A DNA stretch of 64,000 bases from Dehalococcoidia bacterium (GTDB taxonomy: Bacteria; Chloroflexota; Dehalococcoidia; Lucifugimonadales; VXLM01). Of the stretch, positions 1-8,617 are shown one piece after another. The stretch spans positions 1,876,045 to 1,940,044 of the forward strand of contig CBDFHR010000009.1 in assembly GCA_965247555.1 (NCBI GenBank). The letters are read 5' to 3'. Made by a program: the position numbers and the translations under genes. How positions within the stretch are numbered: the first letter of the stretch is position 1; every line of letters starts with the position of its first letter. The notes under the pieces were generated by a model. That model was not told the origin of the DNA. It made no database searches and saw only the letters and a list, made by a program, of their open reading frames with translations.

Positions 1-2
1 AG

Positions 3-269
3 CATCGCGGGTTCGCATCGGGGATGCTGGAGACGTCGCGGGAGTTCGGGCACGCCTTCGGGGCGATGGCGGCGGCGGCGGCGCTGGGCATCGCAATACC
101 GGCGGGGGTCGAACTGCTGCCGTTCGAGTCTTCGCGGGTCTTCTTCCTGGAGGGGTTTGAACTGTCGACGCTCGTGGTGGTGGGGATACTTCTCTTCGGG
201 GCGCTGCTCGTGTACTTCCAGAGGCCCTCGCGCGCAACGCCGGGGGTTGAGCCCGCATCGGACGGGTAG
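3..269 (+). CDS. 3' end of an unidentified membrane-protein gene (open to left window edge)
   Basis: Frame 3 is open from the window edge to TAG 267-269. Hydrophobic stretches are present (AMAAAAALGIAIPAG, TLVVVGILLFGALLVYF). No family recognised. Confidence 0.25.
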   Translation, partial: HRGFASGMLETSREFGHAFGAMAAAAALGIAIPAGVELLPFESSRVFFLEGFELSTLVVVGILLFGALLVYFQRPSRATPGVEPASDG

Positions 270-327
270 TCCGGCAGGCGTGTCGAGGTGGCCGGCCGGG
301 GTGGGTTTTCCGGTCGGATAGGGTGGG

Positions 328-349
328 ATTCACCGCGGAGAGCGCGGAG
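328..349. repeat. Dispersed short repeat (A-element, reverse orientation)
   Basis: ATTCACCGCGGAGAGCGCGGAG is the reverse complement of a near-match to CTC(C/A)GCGCCCTCTGCGGTGAAT at 24201-24222 and 29331-29352. Confidence 0.6.
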
Positions 350-430
350 GACGCAGAGAAGGAGACTATTGTGCGCCGTCCTTTTCGAGGCCGTGCCAGT
401 TACGGGGCCCATCAAGGATGACAAGGATTT

Positions 431-468
431 TGGATTCCTCATTCCGCTCCGCTACGTTCGGAATGACA
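431..468. repeat. Dispersed repeat, GAATGAC-type half element (G-element)
   Basis: TGGATTCCTCATTCCGCTCCGCTACGTTCGGAATGACAGG resembles copies at 2178-2206, 36541-36573 and 40917-40953. Confidence 0.6.
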
Positions 469-507
469 GGTGTTGAGGTCGCCAAAAGCAGGGATGTCGG
501 GGAACGT

Positions 508-1677
508 CTAGTTTGGTGCGCGGGCGCGGCGGGATTTTTGGTGTTTGCGTTTTGCTTGGCGTTGGAGTTCGCGGCGTTGGCGGCGGGATAGGTTCCGGGT
601 GCTAGGATCTGGGTGCTGGGGTGCGCCCCCTCTCTGTGTCTCTCCCCCGGCGGGGGAGAGATTGGGAAGGGGAGTCTCTCCGTCGGCGGGGGAGAGATCG
701 GAGGCAGGTTTGAAACCTGCCCCTACCGGTGTTGGGTCGGTTGAGGAGAGATCGAGGTCGGCGTCCTCAGGGAGCTCGTGATCGTCGGGAGTGGGGGAGG
801 AGCCCCCTCTCTGTGTCTCTCCCCCGGCGGGGGAGAGATCGGGATGGGAAGTCTCTCCCTCAGTGGGGGAGAGATCGGGATGGGAAGGTCCTCCGTCGGC
901 GGGGGAGAGATCGGGAAGGGGAGTCTCTCCGTCGGTGGGGGAGAGATTGGGATAGGAAGGTCCTCCGTCGGCGGGGGAGAGATCGGGAAGGGGAGTCTCT
1001 CCGTCGGCGGGGGAGAGATTGGGATAGGAAGGTCCTCCGTCGGTGGGGGAGAGATCGGAGTAGGATGGTTCTCCGTCGGTGGGGGAGAGATCGGAGTGGG
1101 ATGGTTTTCCCTCAGTGGGGGAGAGATTGGAGATGTCGGGTTGGGGCGCGGGGTGTCGCTCGCCCACCGCGGTCTGTCGTTTGAGGTCTTCGAGTTCCCG
1201 GCGGAGGTCGGCAAGGGACGTTTGGTCGTCGTGGGATGTGGTTGGCTGGGGGTCGTGGTCGCAGTCGTGGTTTCGCGGGGCGCTGCTGCGACGGGCGGGG
1301 CCGTACTTTTCGGGCATCTGGGCGCGAAGGAGCATGGCCAGCAGCATTGGAGAGGATTCGGGCTCCCGGACGCTCTCGAGGAGCATCACTTCGACCTCGT
1401 CGGTGAACTCGAGAAGGGCTACTTCCATTCTGCGGTTGAAGCCGAGGATGTTGTCGGTCTGCCACCGTTGGGCGGTGTAGATGGTGACACCCGCCATCCG
1501 GGCGGCCTTGCTGACGGCATGGGTCAGGGCGTACTGGTAGAGGTAGACGGTCTGATTTCTCCAGACGTCGCAGTGCTGAGGGGTGAATTCCTTGAAGCTG
1601 ATGCCGAGGACGCTTTCGAGCTCGATGGCGTCGAAGGGGGAGGCGATTCCGAGGGATTCGAGGAATTTGGATGGCAT
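508..1677 (-). CDS. HTH-containing protein (phage terminase-small-subunit-like N-domain) with a Pro-rich 12-aa repeat tail
   Basis: The N-terminal ~130 aa look globular, with an HTH-like stretch (AVSKAARMAGVTIYTAQRWQ) and MLLAMLLRAQMPEKYG, a pattern seen in small terminase/HTH proteins. The C-terminal half is DLSP(T/A)(D/E)GE..-type 12-aa repeats encoded by the 36-bp DNA array. The coding status of the tail is uncertain. Confidence 0.5.
   Translation of the reverse strand: MPSKFLESLGIASPFDAIELESVLGISFKEFTPQHCDVWRNQTVYLYQYALTHAVSKAARMAGVTIYTAQRWQTDNILGFNRRMEVALLEFTDEVEVMLLESVREPESSPMLLAMLLRAQMPEKYGPARRSSAPRNHDCDHDPQPTTSHDDQTSLADLRRELEDLKRQTAVGERHPAPQPDISNLSPTEGKPSHSDLSPTDGEPSYSDLSPTDGGPSYPNLSPADGETPLPDLSPADGGPSYPNLSPTDGETPLPDLSPADGGPSHPDLSPTEGETSHPDLSPAGGETQRGGSSPTPDDHELPEDADLDLSSTDPTPVGAGFKPASDLSPADGETPLPNLSPAGGETQRGGAPQHPDPSTRNLSRRQRRELQRQAKRKHQKSRRARAPN
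626..701. repeat. P-element (palindrome TCTCTCCCCCGGCGGGGGAGAGA) plus one 36-bp unit
   Basis: CCCCCTCTCTGTGTCTCTCCCCCGGCGGGGGAGAGATTGGG is followed by a second GGGGAGAGATCGG unit. The same core occurs at 803-840, 1831-1868, 2262-2277 and 36501-36538. Confidence 0.85.
703..721. repeat. Short hairpin repeat GGCAGGTTTGAAACCTGCC
   Basis: Perfect 7-bp stem GGCAGGT/ACCTGCC with a 5-nt loop. It translates as the GAGFKPA-type peptide typical of REP-like elements read through by ORF callers. Confidence 0.6.
803..1132. repeat. Tandem array of about nine 36-bp hairpin-forming units (P-element derived)
   Basis: Units start GGGGGAGAGAT(C/T)GG and end (T/C)CTC(C/T)C(C/G)TC(A/G)G(C/T). Two alternating subtypes (..AAGGGGAGTCTCTCC.. 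and ..ATAGGAAGGTCCTCC..) give a 72-bp higher-order period. Each junction forms TCTCTCC-N8-GGAGAGA. Confidence 0.9.
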
Positions 1678-1793
1678 AGGGGGTTCTGGGTGGTAGGTGC
1701 TGGGTTCTGGATGGAAAGTAGAACGTAGTAAGTATTGCGTAGGGGTTATGTTAGACCATGTGTTCTTGTGGTGTCAAGTCGGGGGTGAGGATT

Positions 1794-1983
1794 GTAACTG
1801 TTCAGTTTCCGTGCGTTGAATTGCGAAGACCCCCCTCTCTGTGTCTCTCCCCCGGCGGAGGAGAGATTGGGATAGGATGTCTCTCCGTCGGCGGGGGAGA
1901 GATTGGGATAGGATGTCTCTCCGTCGGCGGGGGCTGACAGGGATAGGAAGTCTCTCCGTCGGCGGGGGCTGACAGGGGTAGGC
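1794..1983. repeat. P-element with conserved 5' arm plus 3-4 tandem 36-bp units
   Basis: GTAACTGTTCAGTTTCCGTGCGTTGAATTGCGAAGACCCCCCTCTCTGTGTCTCTCC matches 36464-36520 almost base for base. It is followed by repeated GGGGAGAGATTGGGATAGGATGTCTCTCCGTCGGC units. Confidence 0.85.
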
Positions 1984-2033
1984 ATTTGACTATCGCCCCA
2001 CTCTCCATCGATGAGAAAGCAACTCAGTCACTG

Positions 2034-2206
2034 TCATTCTGAGCACAGCGGAGCGGAGTCGAAGAATCTAAAATGTCTATCACAACGTAAAGCCGACCTG
2101 GAGAGTTCTCACGCTGTTTTCCACTATTGGTCATAACATAGACGTGGCACTGGCTGACCGGTCTTGTGGTGATGGACTTTAGAATCCTCGCTGCGCTCGG
2201 AATGAC
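2034..2206. repeat. MITE-like unit bounded by inverted G-elements
   Basis: TGTCATTCTGAGCACAGCGGAGCGGAGTCGAAGAATCTAAAA (2034-2075) and TTTAGAATCCTCGCTGCGCTCGGAATGACA (2178-2207) are imperfect inverted repeats around ~100 bp. They are nested inside the outer inverted repeats CTGACAGGGGTAGGCA (1968-1983) / TGCCTACCCCTGTCAG (2244-2259). Confidence 0.7.
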
Positions 2207-2534
2207 AGGGAGGCGGGGCTGGATCATAGCTACAATTCCGTTTTGCCTACCCCTGTCAGCCCGGCGGGGGAGAGATTGTTGCGAGCTTTCGGATCGTGTG
2301 GATTCACGGCAGGGCGTGCGGAGGGGGGAGGCGAGGGGATTACGCGTTGACAGGGTGGGGTGTCGGAACTGCGCTCCGAACTCACTATTCTGAGCGGCGA
2401 GAGAGGATATATGGACTGTATTGGCGTAGACGAACGGCTTGGGGCGCCGTGCGTGATCAATGCGTGGGGGTGTCGGCGGAGCTTGGCGGATGGGTTCAGA
2501 GCGAGCCGGTGACGAGGGCGATGGAGGAGGCGAA

Positions 2535-3533
2535 CTAGAACAGGGGCTGCTTGACAGCCGCCGGAACCGTCGTCACCCGCCGGTCGACCGTCAGATCGAA
2601 GTCCTGCTCAAACATCGCGCCGATCGAATCGCCCGTATGGATTCGGCCAATCGCTTCGCCGAGCAGCGGTGCAACGGATATGATCTCAAGACCGGGGAAC
2701 CGCTTTTCCCCAGGTATTGGCAGAGTATCGGTGACGACGAACTCCGTGATACCGCTCCCAGCGAGACGCTCATGGGCATCGCCCGCGAAGACGGCGTGGG
2801 TGGCCCCACAGTACACGCTAGTCGCCCCTTGGGCATTCAGGACCTTGAACGCCTCGACGACCGTGCCGCCCGTGCCGATCTCGTCGTCTATGATGACCGC
2901 CGTCTTACCGCGGACATCTCCGACGAGACTGATCGCCTCCGCCTTCTCGTCGTTCCCCTGGCGCTCCTTGTCGATGAGCGCGATGGGCGCATCGAGGACG
3001 TTCGCGACTTCGCGCGCGCGCTTTGCGCTGCCTGGATCGGTGGCCGTCACCACCACGTTCTCGAGGTCCTTTTCCTTGAATCGCTTGGCAAGCATCCGTA
3101 TCGCCGACAGCTCGTCCAGCGGGATGTTGAAGAACCCCTGTATCTGCCCGGCGTGGAGGTCGATGGTCAGGACCCGGTCCGCCCCCGCAACGGTCGTAAA
3201 GTCGGCCAACAGGCGGGCCGTGATGGCCACCCGCGGCTGGTCCTTCTTGTCCGTCCGCCCGTAGGCGTAGTACGGAATAACGACCGTGATCCGGGCCGCC
3301 GACGCCCGTCGGGCCGCGTCTATCATGATCCAAAGCTCCATCCAATGCTCGTCCACGGGCTGCGAGATAGGCTGGATGAGAAACACGTCCTTCTGTCGAA
3401 TATTCTCCAGGAACTTGACGAAGGTGTTGTCGTTGCTGAACTTGAAGACCTCGCACTCGCCGAGCTTGACGCCCAGATACCCCGCTATGTCCTGGGCCAG
3501 TTGCGGGTGAGCATTGCCCGTGAATATCTTCAT
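2535..3533 (-). CDS. prs: Ribose-phosphate pyrophosphokinase (PRPP synthetase)
   Basis: MKIFTGNAHPQLAQDIA N-terminus, DLHAGQIQGFF and the PRPP loop AVIIDDEIGTGGT. I chose the ATG at 3533 (332 aa). The ORF-track start at 3812 adds 93 non-homologous residues. Confidence 0.93.
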   Translation of the reverse strand: MKIFTGNAHPQLAQDIAGYLGVKLGECEVFKFSNDNTFVKFLENIRQKDVFLIQPISQPVDEHWMELWIMIDAARRASAARITVVIPYYAYGRTDKKDQPRVAITARLLADFTTVAGADRVLTIDLHAGQIQGFFNIPLDELSAIRMLAKRFKEKDLENVVVTATDPGSAKRAREVANVLDAPIALIDKERQGNDEKAEAISLVGDVRGKTAVIIDDEIGTGGTVVEAFKVLNAQGATSVYCGATHAVFAGDAHERLAGSGITEFVVTDTLPIPGEKRFPGLEIISVAPLLGEAIGRIHTGDSIGAMFEQDFDLTVDRRVTTVPAAVKQPLF

Positions 3534-3756
3534 CTCGTCGTAAAAGAGATGGATCGTCTCCTCGCGGCCTCCGTTGCGCTGCTTTGTGATCGGTAGGGAA
3601 CTATTCGTCGAGGAGTGCGAGTCGTTCTGCACGAATCCCCCTATCGCAGTCGGTGGAGTCTCAGGTGCCCGGGTGTGGCGCGTCGAGGCGACCGCATTAT
3701 AGCATAGCCGCGCCCCGCCGCCATCATCAAGCGAACGAATTTCGCGAGGATGTGTC

Positions 3757-4332
3757 ATGATCGACTCACAGCGTCTCAATACTGAAAACCGCCTACGGAA
3801 CGCCGTGCGCATAGTTGTGATGGGGACGACGGGGGCGGGGAAGACGACGCTTGCTCGGCAGGTTGCGGAGGCGTTCGACGTGCCTCATGTCGAGTTGGAC
3901 TACTACCGGTTTCGCCCGAACTGGGTTGAGGTGCCCAACGACGAGTTCAGAGAACGGGTGAGGCACGTCCTGCAGGGCGAAAGATGGGTAGCGGACGGGA
4001 ACTACGGTCTCGCTCGGGACGTCATCTGGCCTAGGGCCACCATGCTGGTGTATCTGGACTACCCGATATACGTGGTGATGTGGAGGCTGTTTTGGAGGAC
4101 GATAGGCCGTGGAGTCCTTCGCAAGGAGCTGTGGCACGGTAACAAGGAGAAGCTGTGGTGGCATTTCTTTAGTCGGCAGTCGCTGTTTCTGTGGGCGCTG
4201 AAGACGCATTGGAGGCGGCGGCGGCAGATACCGTCACAGTTGGCGCGGCCGGAGCATGGTCATCTGGAGTTGGTACACCTGCGCACGTCGAAGGCGGCGC
4301 GGGAGTGGATGAGGGGGCTAGTGGAGAGATGA
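3757..4332 (+). CDS. P-loop NTPase, adenylate-kinase/topology-modulation-protein-like
   Basis: Walker A GTTGAGKTT sits near the N-terminus and the size is ~190 aa. The true start may be the GTG near 3805 (VRIVVMG). Confidence 0.6.
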   Translation: MIDSQRLNTENRLRNAVRIVVMGTTGAGKTTLARQVAEAFDVPHVELDYYRFRPNWVEVPNDEFRERVRHVLQGERWVADGNYGLARDVIWPRATMLVYLDYPIYVVMWRLFWRTIGRGVLRKELWHGNKEKLWWHFFSRQSLFLWALKTHWRRRRQIPSQLARPEHGHLELVHLRTSKAAREWMRGLVER

Positions 4333-4435
4333 TGCGGGTCGTTCGAGAGGGCAGCTCACAGAGGAAGTCGAACTCAGTAGAACGCCAATAGGGGGATGCA
4401 GCGTCGCTTCCAAACGTAACCGGCGTTCACCGACC

Positions 4436-5287
4436 CTAGCCAACCATCCGGTCGATGAGCCGGTCAAACATCCGATCGCTGACCAGTCTGCGTAGGAGGA
4501 GTACCGGCCTGGCGTACTGGCCGGCGGCGTAGCGTGTCTTGGGGCGCCTGGACCGGAGCGCCTTGAGGATTGTGTCGGCGATGACCGACGGCGGAGACCC
4601 GACCGAGCCGTAGCTCATCATGCCGTCTACCAGCTTATTGGCGATAGCGGAATAGGCGGAACTGCCGGAACGCTCCAGCAGCGGCCCGACCGCGACATTG
4701 ACAAAGTCCGTACGGATGATTCCAGGCTCGATGACGATGACGTCGATGCCAAAGCGCTTCAGCTCGAACCGCAAACAGTCCGACCATCCTTCGAGTGCGT
4801 GCTTCGTAGCGTTGTACCAGGACCCGAGGGGTGTACAGACCTTCCCGCCGATGGAGGAGATGTTCACAATCTTTCCCGCGCCTTGCTCTCGCATATAGGG
4901 AAGGACGAGCTGGGTCAGCCGCGCCGCGCCGAACAGGTTGACCTCGAACTGGTAGCGCGCTTCGTCGAGCGGCGTGTCCTCCATCGCGCCGTAGGAACCG
5001 AAGCCGGCGTTGTTGATGAGGATGTCCGTGCCTCCCTGTTCCTCATTGATACGCTCGACGCCCGCAACGACATCTTCTTCTATGGTGACGTCCATCTTGA
5101 GTGCAATGACGCCCATATCTTCGAGGTCTCGCATCCGCTCGATCCGGCGCGCCGCGGCATAGACGGTGCAGCCGTGCTCGAGCAGCTTCTTCGCAGTCGC
5201 CTTGCCTATGCCGGACGAGGCGCCGGTAATCAATACGGTCTGCCCAGCCACACCTCCGGCCTCATGTTGGTTCGGAATGGTCATCAT
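4436..5287 (-). CDS. Short-chain dehydrogenase/reductase (SDR)
   Basis: TGASSGIGKA cofactor motif, NNAG, and catalytic S..YNATK. Confidence 0.9.
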   Translation of the reverse strand: MMTIPNQHEAGGVAGQTVLITGASSGIGKATAKKLLEHGCTVYAAARRIERMRDLEDMGVIALKMDVTIEEDVVAGVERINEEQGGTDILINNAGFGSYGAMEDTPLDEARYQFEVNLFGAARLTQLVLPYMREQGAGKIVNISSIGGKVCTPLGSWYNATKHALEGWSDCLRFELKRFGIDVIVIEPGIIRTDFVNVAVGPLLERSGSSAYSAIANKLVDGMMSYGSVGSPPSVIADTILKALRSRRPKTRYAAGQYARPVLLLRRLVSDRMFDRLIDRMVG

Positions 5288-5505
5288 AGAATCTCCCCGG
5301 TTGGTTCACCCCATCGTAGACCATGGCTGCGCCAATTCACCATGAAGTCACGCCGAAAACTATGCAAAGCGCGCCACGAGACTGCCCCGGCTCTAGCAGA
5401 GGCGGTCGAGTTCGGAATGCCAACGGTATCCAAATCAGGGATCCGGGTAATGCGGAGGCCGGCATCGGTCAGCCTCGATCCCCTGGCGACCGGTTCTCCT
5501 TCTGA

Positions 5506-5895
5506 GCCTGTCGGTTTCCTTTATCCGTTGACCTCCCGGACATGGACCTCGACCGGATGCGCATGAGCCAGGCATTGGGAAACGTCCTGAGCAACGCCAT
5601 TCATTGCACCGAGGCCTGCGGGAGTATTGTGCTCAAGTCGGTGTTGGAACGCGACGCGACGTTGGCTATCTCGATTATCGATGACGGGATCGGTGTCGAT
5701 GCCGTAGACCTTCCGTACGTCTTCGATCGCTTCTACCGTACCGACCAGTCAAGTAGTCGTGGGATAGGGGGCACAGGTCTGGGATTGGCCATCACGCGAG
5801 CTATAATCGAGGCACATGGCGGTACGATTGCCGTAACAAGTGACGGGCTTGGACGGGGCGTGTCCGTGACCATTCGCCTTCCCCTGAACACGTGA
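5506..5895 (+). pseudogene. 3' fragment of a sensor histidine kinase gene (HATPase_c only)
   Basis: N-box ALGNVLSNAIHCT, G1 DDGIGV and G2 GGTGLGLAI are present. The frame opens only after TGA 5503-5505, so the HisKA/sensor parts are absent. Confidence 0.75.
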
Positions 5896-6156
5896 GCGTT
5901 ATCCTCCCCGGCCTTGAACTCCGCCGAAGGAACGGCGACCACAGCGGCCGAGGAGTTATGAATACAGTACGCTCAGGCCGGAAAAAGTGAAGCTGGGGGC
6001 ACTCGGATTTAGCTATAAATCGGCACTGTATTGAGACAACTCCCCACATGCGTTACCACAATATCGACGGCTTCCAGAGTAGGATGCGGTAGGCCAGGGG
6101 AGACGAACCCGCCGGCCAGCTCGAGGGCAGGACAGTTCCCGGTGTGTCACGTCTAA

Positions 6157-7003
6157 GAGGGTGTTTGCAAAGTCTCAGATATGGATTAGACTTAGTTTAT
6201 GAAAAGGAAGCCATACCCCAGCGACTTGACTGATGACCAGTGGAATATCCTCGCACCGTTGCTTCCATCTGCCAAGCCAGGCGGAAGGCCACGTACGGTT
6301 GATATACGGGAGGTGATCAACGGCGTCCTCTATGTTCTACGGACAGGTTGTCCATGGCGGATGCTCCCACATGACTTTCCGCCGTGGCAGACAGTGTACC
6401 AATACTTCCGCAAGTGGAAGAACGAGGGCATCTGGGAGCAAGTCCATGAGGCCCTTCGTCCTGAAGTCCGCCGAGCTGAAGGGAGGGAGTGGACTCCCAG
6501 TGCAGCTATCATAGACAGCCAGTCGGTCAAGACGACGGAAGAAGGGGGCCTCGTGGCTTTGACGCTGGTAAGAAGGTGATGGGACGCAAGCGTCACATCG
6601 TCGTGGATACCATAGGGATGCTGTTGGCTATCGTGGTTCACCCTGCTGACATCCAAGACAGGGACGGGGCAAGGCTGGTTATGGACAAGCTGAAAGGACG
6701 GTTTCCCCGCCTGCGATTGATTTGGGCGGACGCAGGATACGCCGGGCAGTTGGTAGATTGGATTCAGGCCTCTGCGGGCTATGTCCTGCAAGTTGTGAGG
6801 CGTCCGCGTGGCAGTCATCAGTTTGCCGTGTTGCCACGACGATGGGTAGTTGAGCGAACGCTGGCGTGGATCGGGCGGTGTCGTAGGTTGAGTAAGGACT
6901 ACGAAGCCCTCCCTGAAACGTCGGAAGCTTGGGTGCATATCGCAATGGTCCATCTCATGCTCAGACGCCTAGCTTCGTCATGACACACTTTGCAAACACC
7001 CTC
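6157..7003 (+). mobile_element. IS5-family (IS1031-like) insertion sequence, copy 1
   Basis: Terminal inverted repeats GAGGGTGTTTGCAAAGT (6157-) / ACTTTGCAAACACCCTC (-7003). The flanking triplets TAA (6154-6156) and TTA (7004-7006) do not match each other. Confidence 0.9.
6199..6983 (+). CDS. IS5-family DDE transposase, two overlapping frames (frameshift needed near 6540-6580)
   Basis: OrfA is MKRKPYPSDLTDDQW...[14 protein letters not shown]. OrfB continues ..[39 protein letters not shown]. The layout is typical for IS5/IS1031-IS427 elements. Confidence 0.9.
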
Positions 7004-7196
7004 TTAACCAGACCGACCCGGACGTGCGACTTTCACCGCATCCGGCTCTCTAGTGTCTAGTGGGTCGGTAGTGTCGAGGTTGTCGGTGTACTACCGAGAC
7101 GCATCGTAGCTTTGGTGTATGTGTCACAGGTCAAGACAACGGTCTTGACAGCGCTGGTGCGGTTGCATAGGCTTTCCGTTGAGAGGATGAACGCCA

Positions 7197-7625
7197 GTGG
7201 CACTCTTCGACTTTTTCGATGAGCCCAAACGTTCGCGACCAAAGTTCTCCGATAGGGAGAAGGATGCGCTGTACAAGGAGCAAGGTGGGAAGTGTAAGGG
7301 TTGTGGGAAGAAGTTCCCCAAGCAGAATCTGACAGTCGACCATATAGTCCCTCTCTCCAAAGGTGGAGGCGAACGCCTCAACAACCTTCAGGCGCTTTGC
7401 GGACACTGCAACAGTGTCAAGGGCGACGGGACTATGGCGCAACTCAGAAAGAAGTTGCGCCAAAAAGGCGTAGTCAAATCCTCGTCACGAAAGACTGGGA
7501 CTGCGGCGAAGACCACAAGGTCGGCGCGTAAGCCCAAGTCCAAAACCCGGTCGACTCCCAAGAAGAGGCGAACGCGCAAGCGTGACCCCGTTGAGGAGTA
7601 CTTTGGTGACCTCTTCGGACCCTAG
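7197..7625 (+). CDS. HNH endonuclease with Lys/Arg-rich C-terminal tail
   Basis: CKGCGKK ... DHIVPLSKGGG ... NLQALCGHCNSVKG is an HNH beta-beta-alpha-metal motif. It is followed by a ~50-aa basic tail (KSSSRKTGTAAKTTRSARKPKSKTRSTPKKRRTRKR). Confidence 0.85.
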   Translation: MALFDFFDEPKRSRPKFSDREKDALYKEQGGKCKGCGKKFPKQNLTVDHIVPLSKGGGERLNNLQALCGHCNSVKGDGTMAQLRKKLRQKGVVKSSSRKTGTAAKTTRSARKPKSKTRSTPKKRRTRKRDPVEEYFGDLFGP

Positions 7626-7641
7626 TTAAGCCTGTAGTACC

Positions 7642-7761
7642 TTAAGCTGTTGATGCGTGTTGCGTCAGCGGTCGCCCGTGGTGGATGTCCATGTGACACG
7701 TCCGGCAGACCACGAGGGTCTTGCGTCGCCGCGTCGCCATGATTTGTACCCACGGGGACTT
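7642..7761 (-). pseudogene. C-terminal remnant of a group II intron reverse transcriptase/maturase
   Basis: KSPWVQIMATRRRKTLVVCRTCHMDIHHGR matches the conserved C-terminal zinc-finger/En-like tail of intron-encoded proteins. No RT domain or ribozyme domains are recognisable nearby. Confidence 0.6.
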
Positions 7762-8340
7762 GGCACCTCGGCCTTTCACGTTCAGGTCGCCGAGGGCGCG
7801 CCCTTCGACATGTCGGTCACCCTCTCCGTCCAGGTGGACAGTCTTTCGACCAGCATGATCGTCAGTGTTGCCGGAGGCGCTCTTGAGAGCTCGCCCATCG
7901 CCATCCCGCTGGAAGGCGACGGCGACGTAACCGTCAGCGTTCAGGCGGCGAGCTTCCTGGAATGAACGCATATCGGCATCCAGACCGGCCTCGGCGAGAG
8001 CCTGACCCTTTCTCCCGACGAATCGGAGGTGACGAACACCCCGGCCACCGGCGCGCCGATCGTCAGCGGAACTGTCCAGGTGGGCCAGACCCTCACGGCG
8101 GACACGTCCGGAATAGCCGATACGGACGGCCTGACCAATGTGACCTACAGCTACCAGTGGATTTCCAACGATGGGACCAGGGATACCGACATCGCCGACG
8201 CCACTGCCTCCACCTACGTTGTCGCCTCCGGCGAAGTCGGCAAGACCATCAAGTTCCGAGTGACCTTCACCGACGACGCGGGCAACGCAGAGTCGCTGAC
8301 CAGTGAGGCTACGGAGGCGGTGGTGCTGGACGGCTTATAA
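7762..8340 (+). pseudogene. Fragment of a repeat-containing surface/adhesin-like gene with an in-frame stop
   Basis: The frame-1 ORFs 7657-7965 and 8029-8340 are co-linear, separated by TGA 7963-7965. Ig-like repeat text is present (GAPIVSGTVQVGQTLTADTSGIADTDGLTNVTYSYQW...GKTIKFRVTFTDDAGN). There is no start or signal peptide. Confidence 0.5.
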
Positions 8341-8617
8341 CGGCCGCCACCGTCGAGCCGGACGGAGCTGACCGTCTCAGGTCCGAGCGGGAAACACCGG
8401 AGGCGTCTGGCGTGCCCAAGAAAGGGGCAACGATAAGGGCCCGCATTCTTGGATGGACGGTCGGCTCTGAATCGCAAGAGAGGCCGCATACACGGACATG
8501 CGGCGCGGCTGGTACAGAGAAGGGGGCCGCATGGGCGGAGAGGGGGCGGTCGCGGGCGATCCCCCGGACTCGCGCCCGTTGGAGATAGTCAGGCAGTCCT
8601 CTCGAAGGACGGGCTCG

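Noticed and set aside
803-1132. Possible CRISPR array, because of the regular 36-bp repeats.
   Set aside because: The units are directly adjacent with no unique spacers, and no cas genes or leader are present. This is a tandem hairpin repeat, not CRISPR.
7020-7060. GTGCGAC at about 7026, resembling a group II intron 5' end (GUGYG) near the maturase remnant.
   Set aside because: It is on the opposite strand to the maturase fragment. No domain V/VI-like sequence (..GAGCCGTAT..GAAA..) was found near 7197-7641 either, so there is no support for an intact intron.
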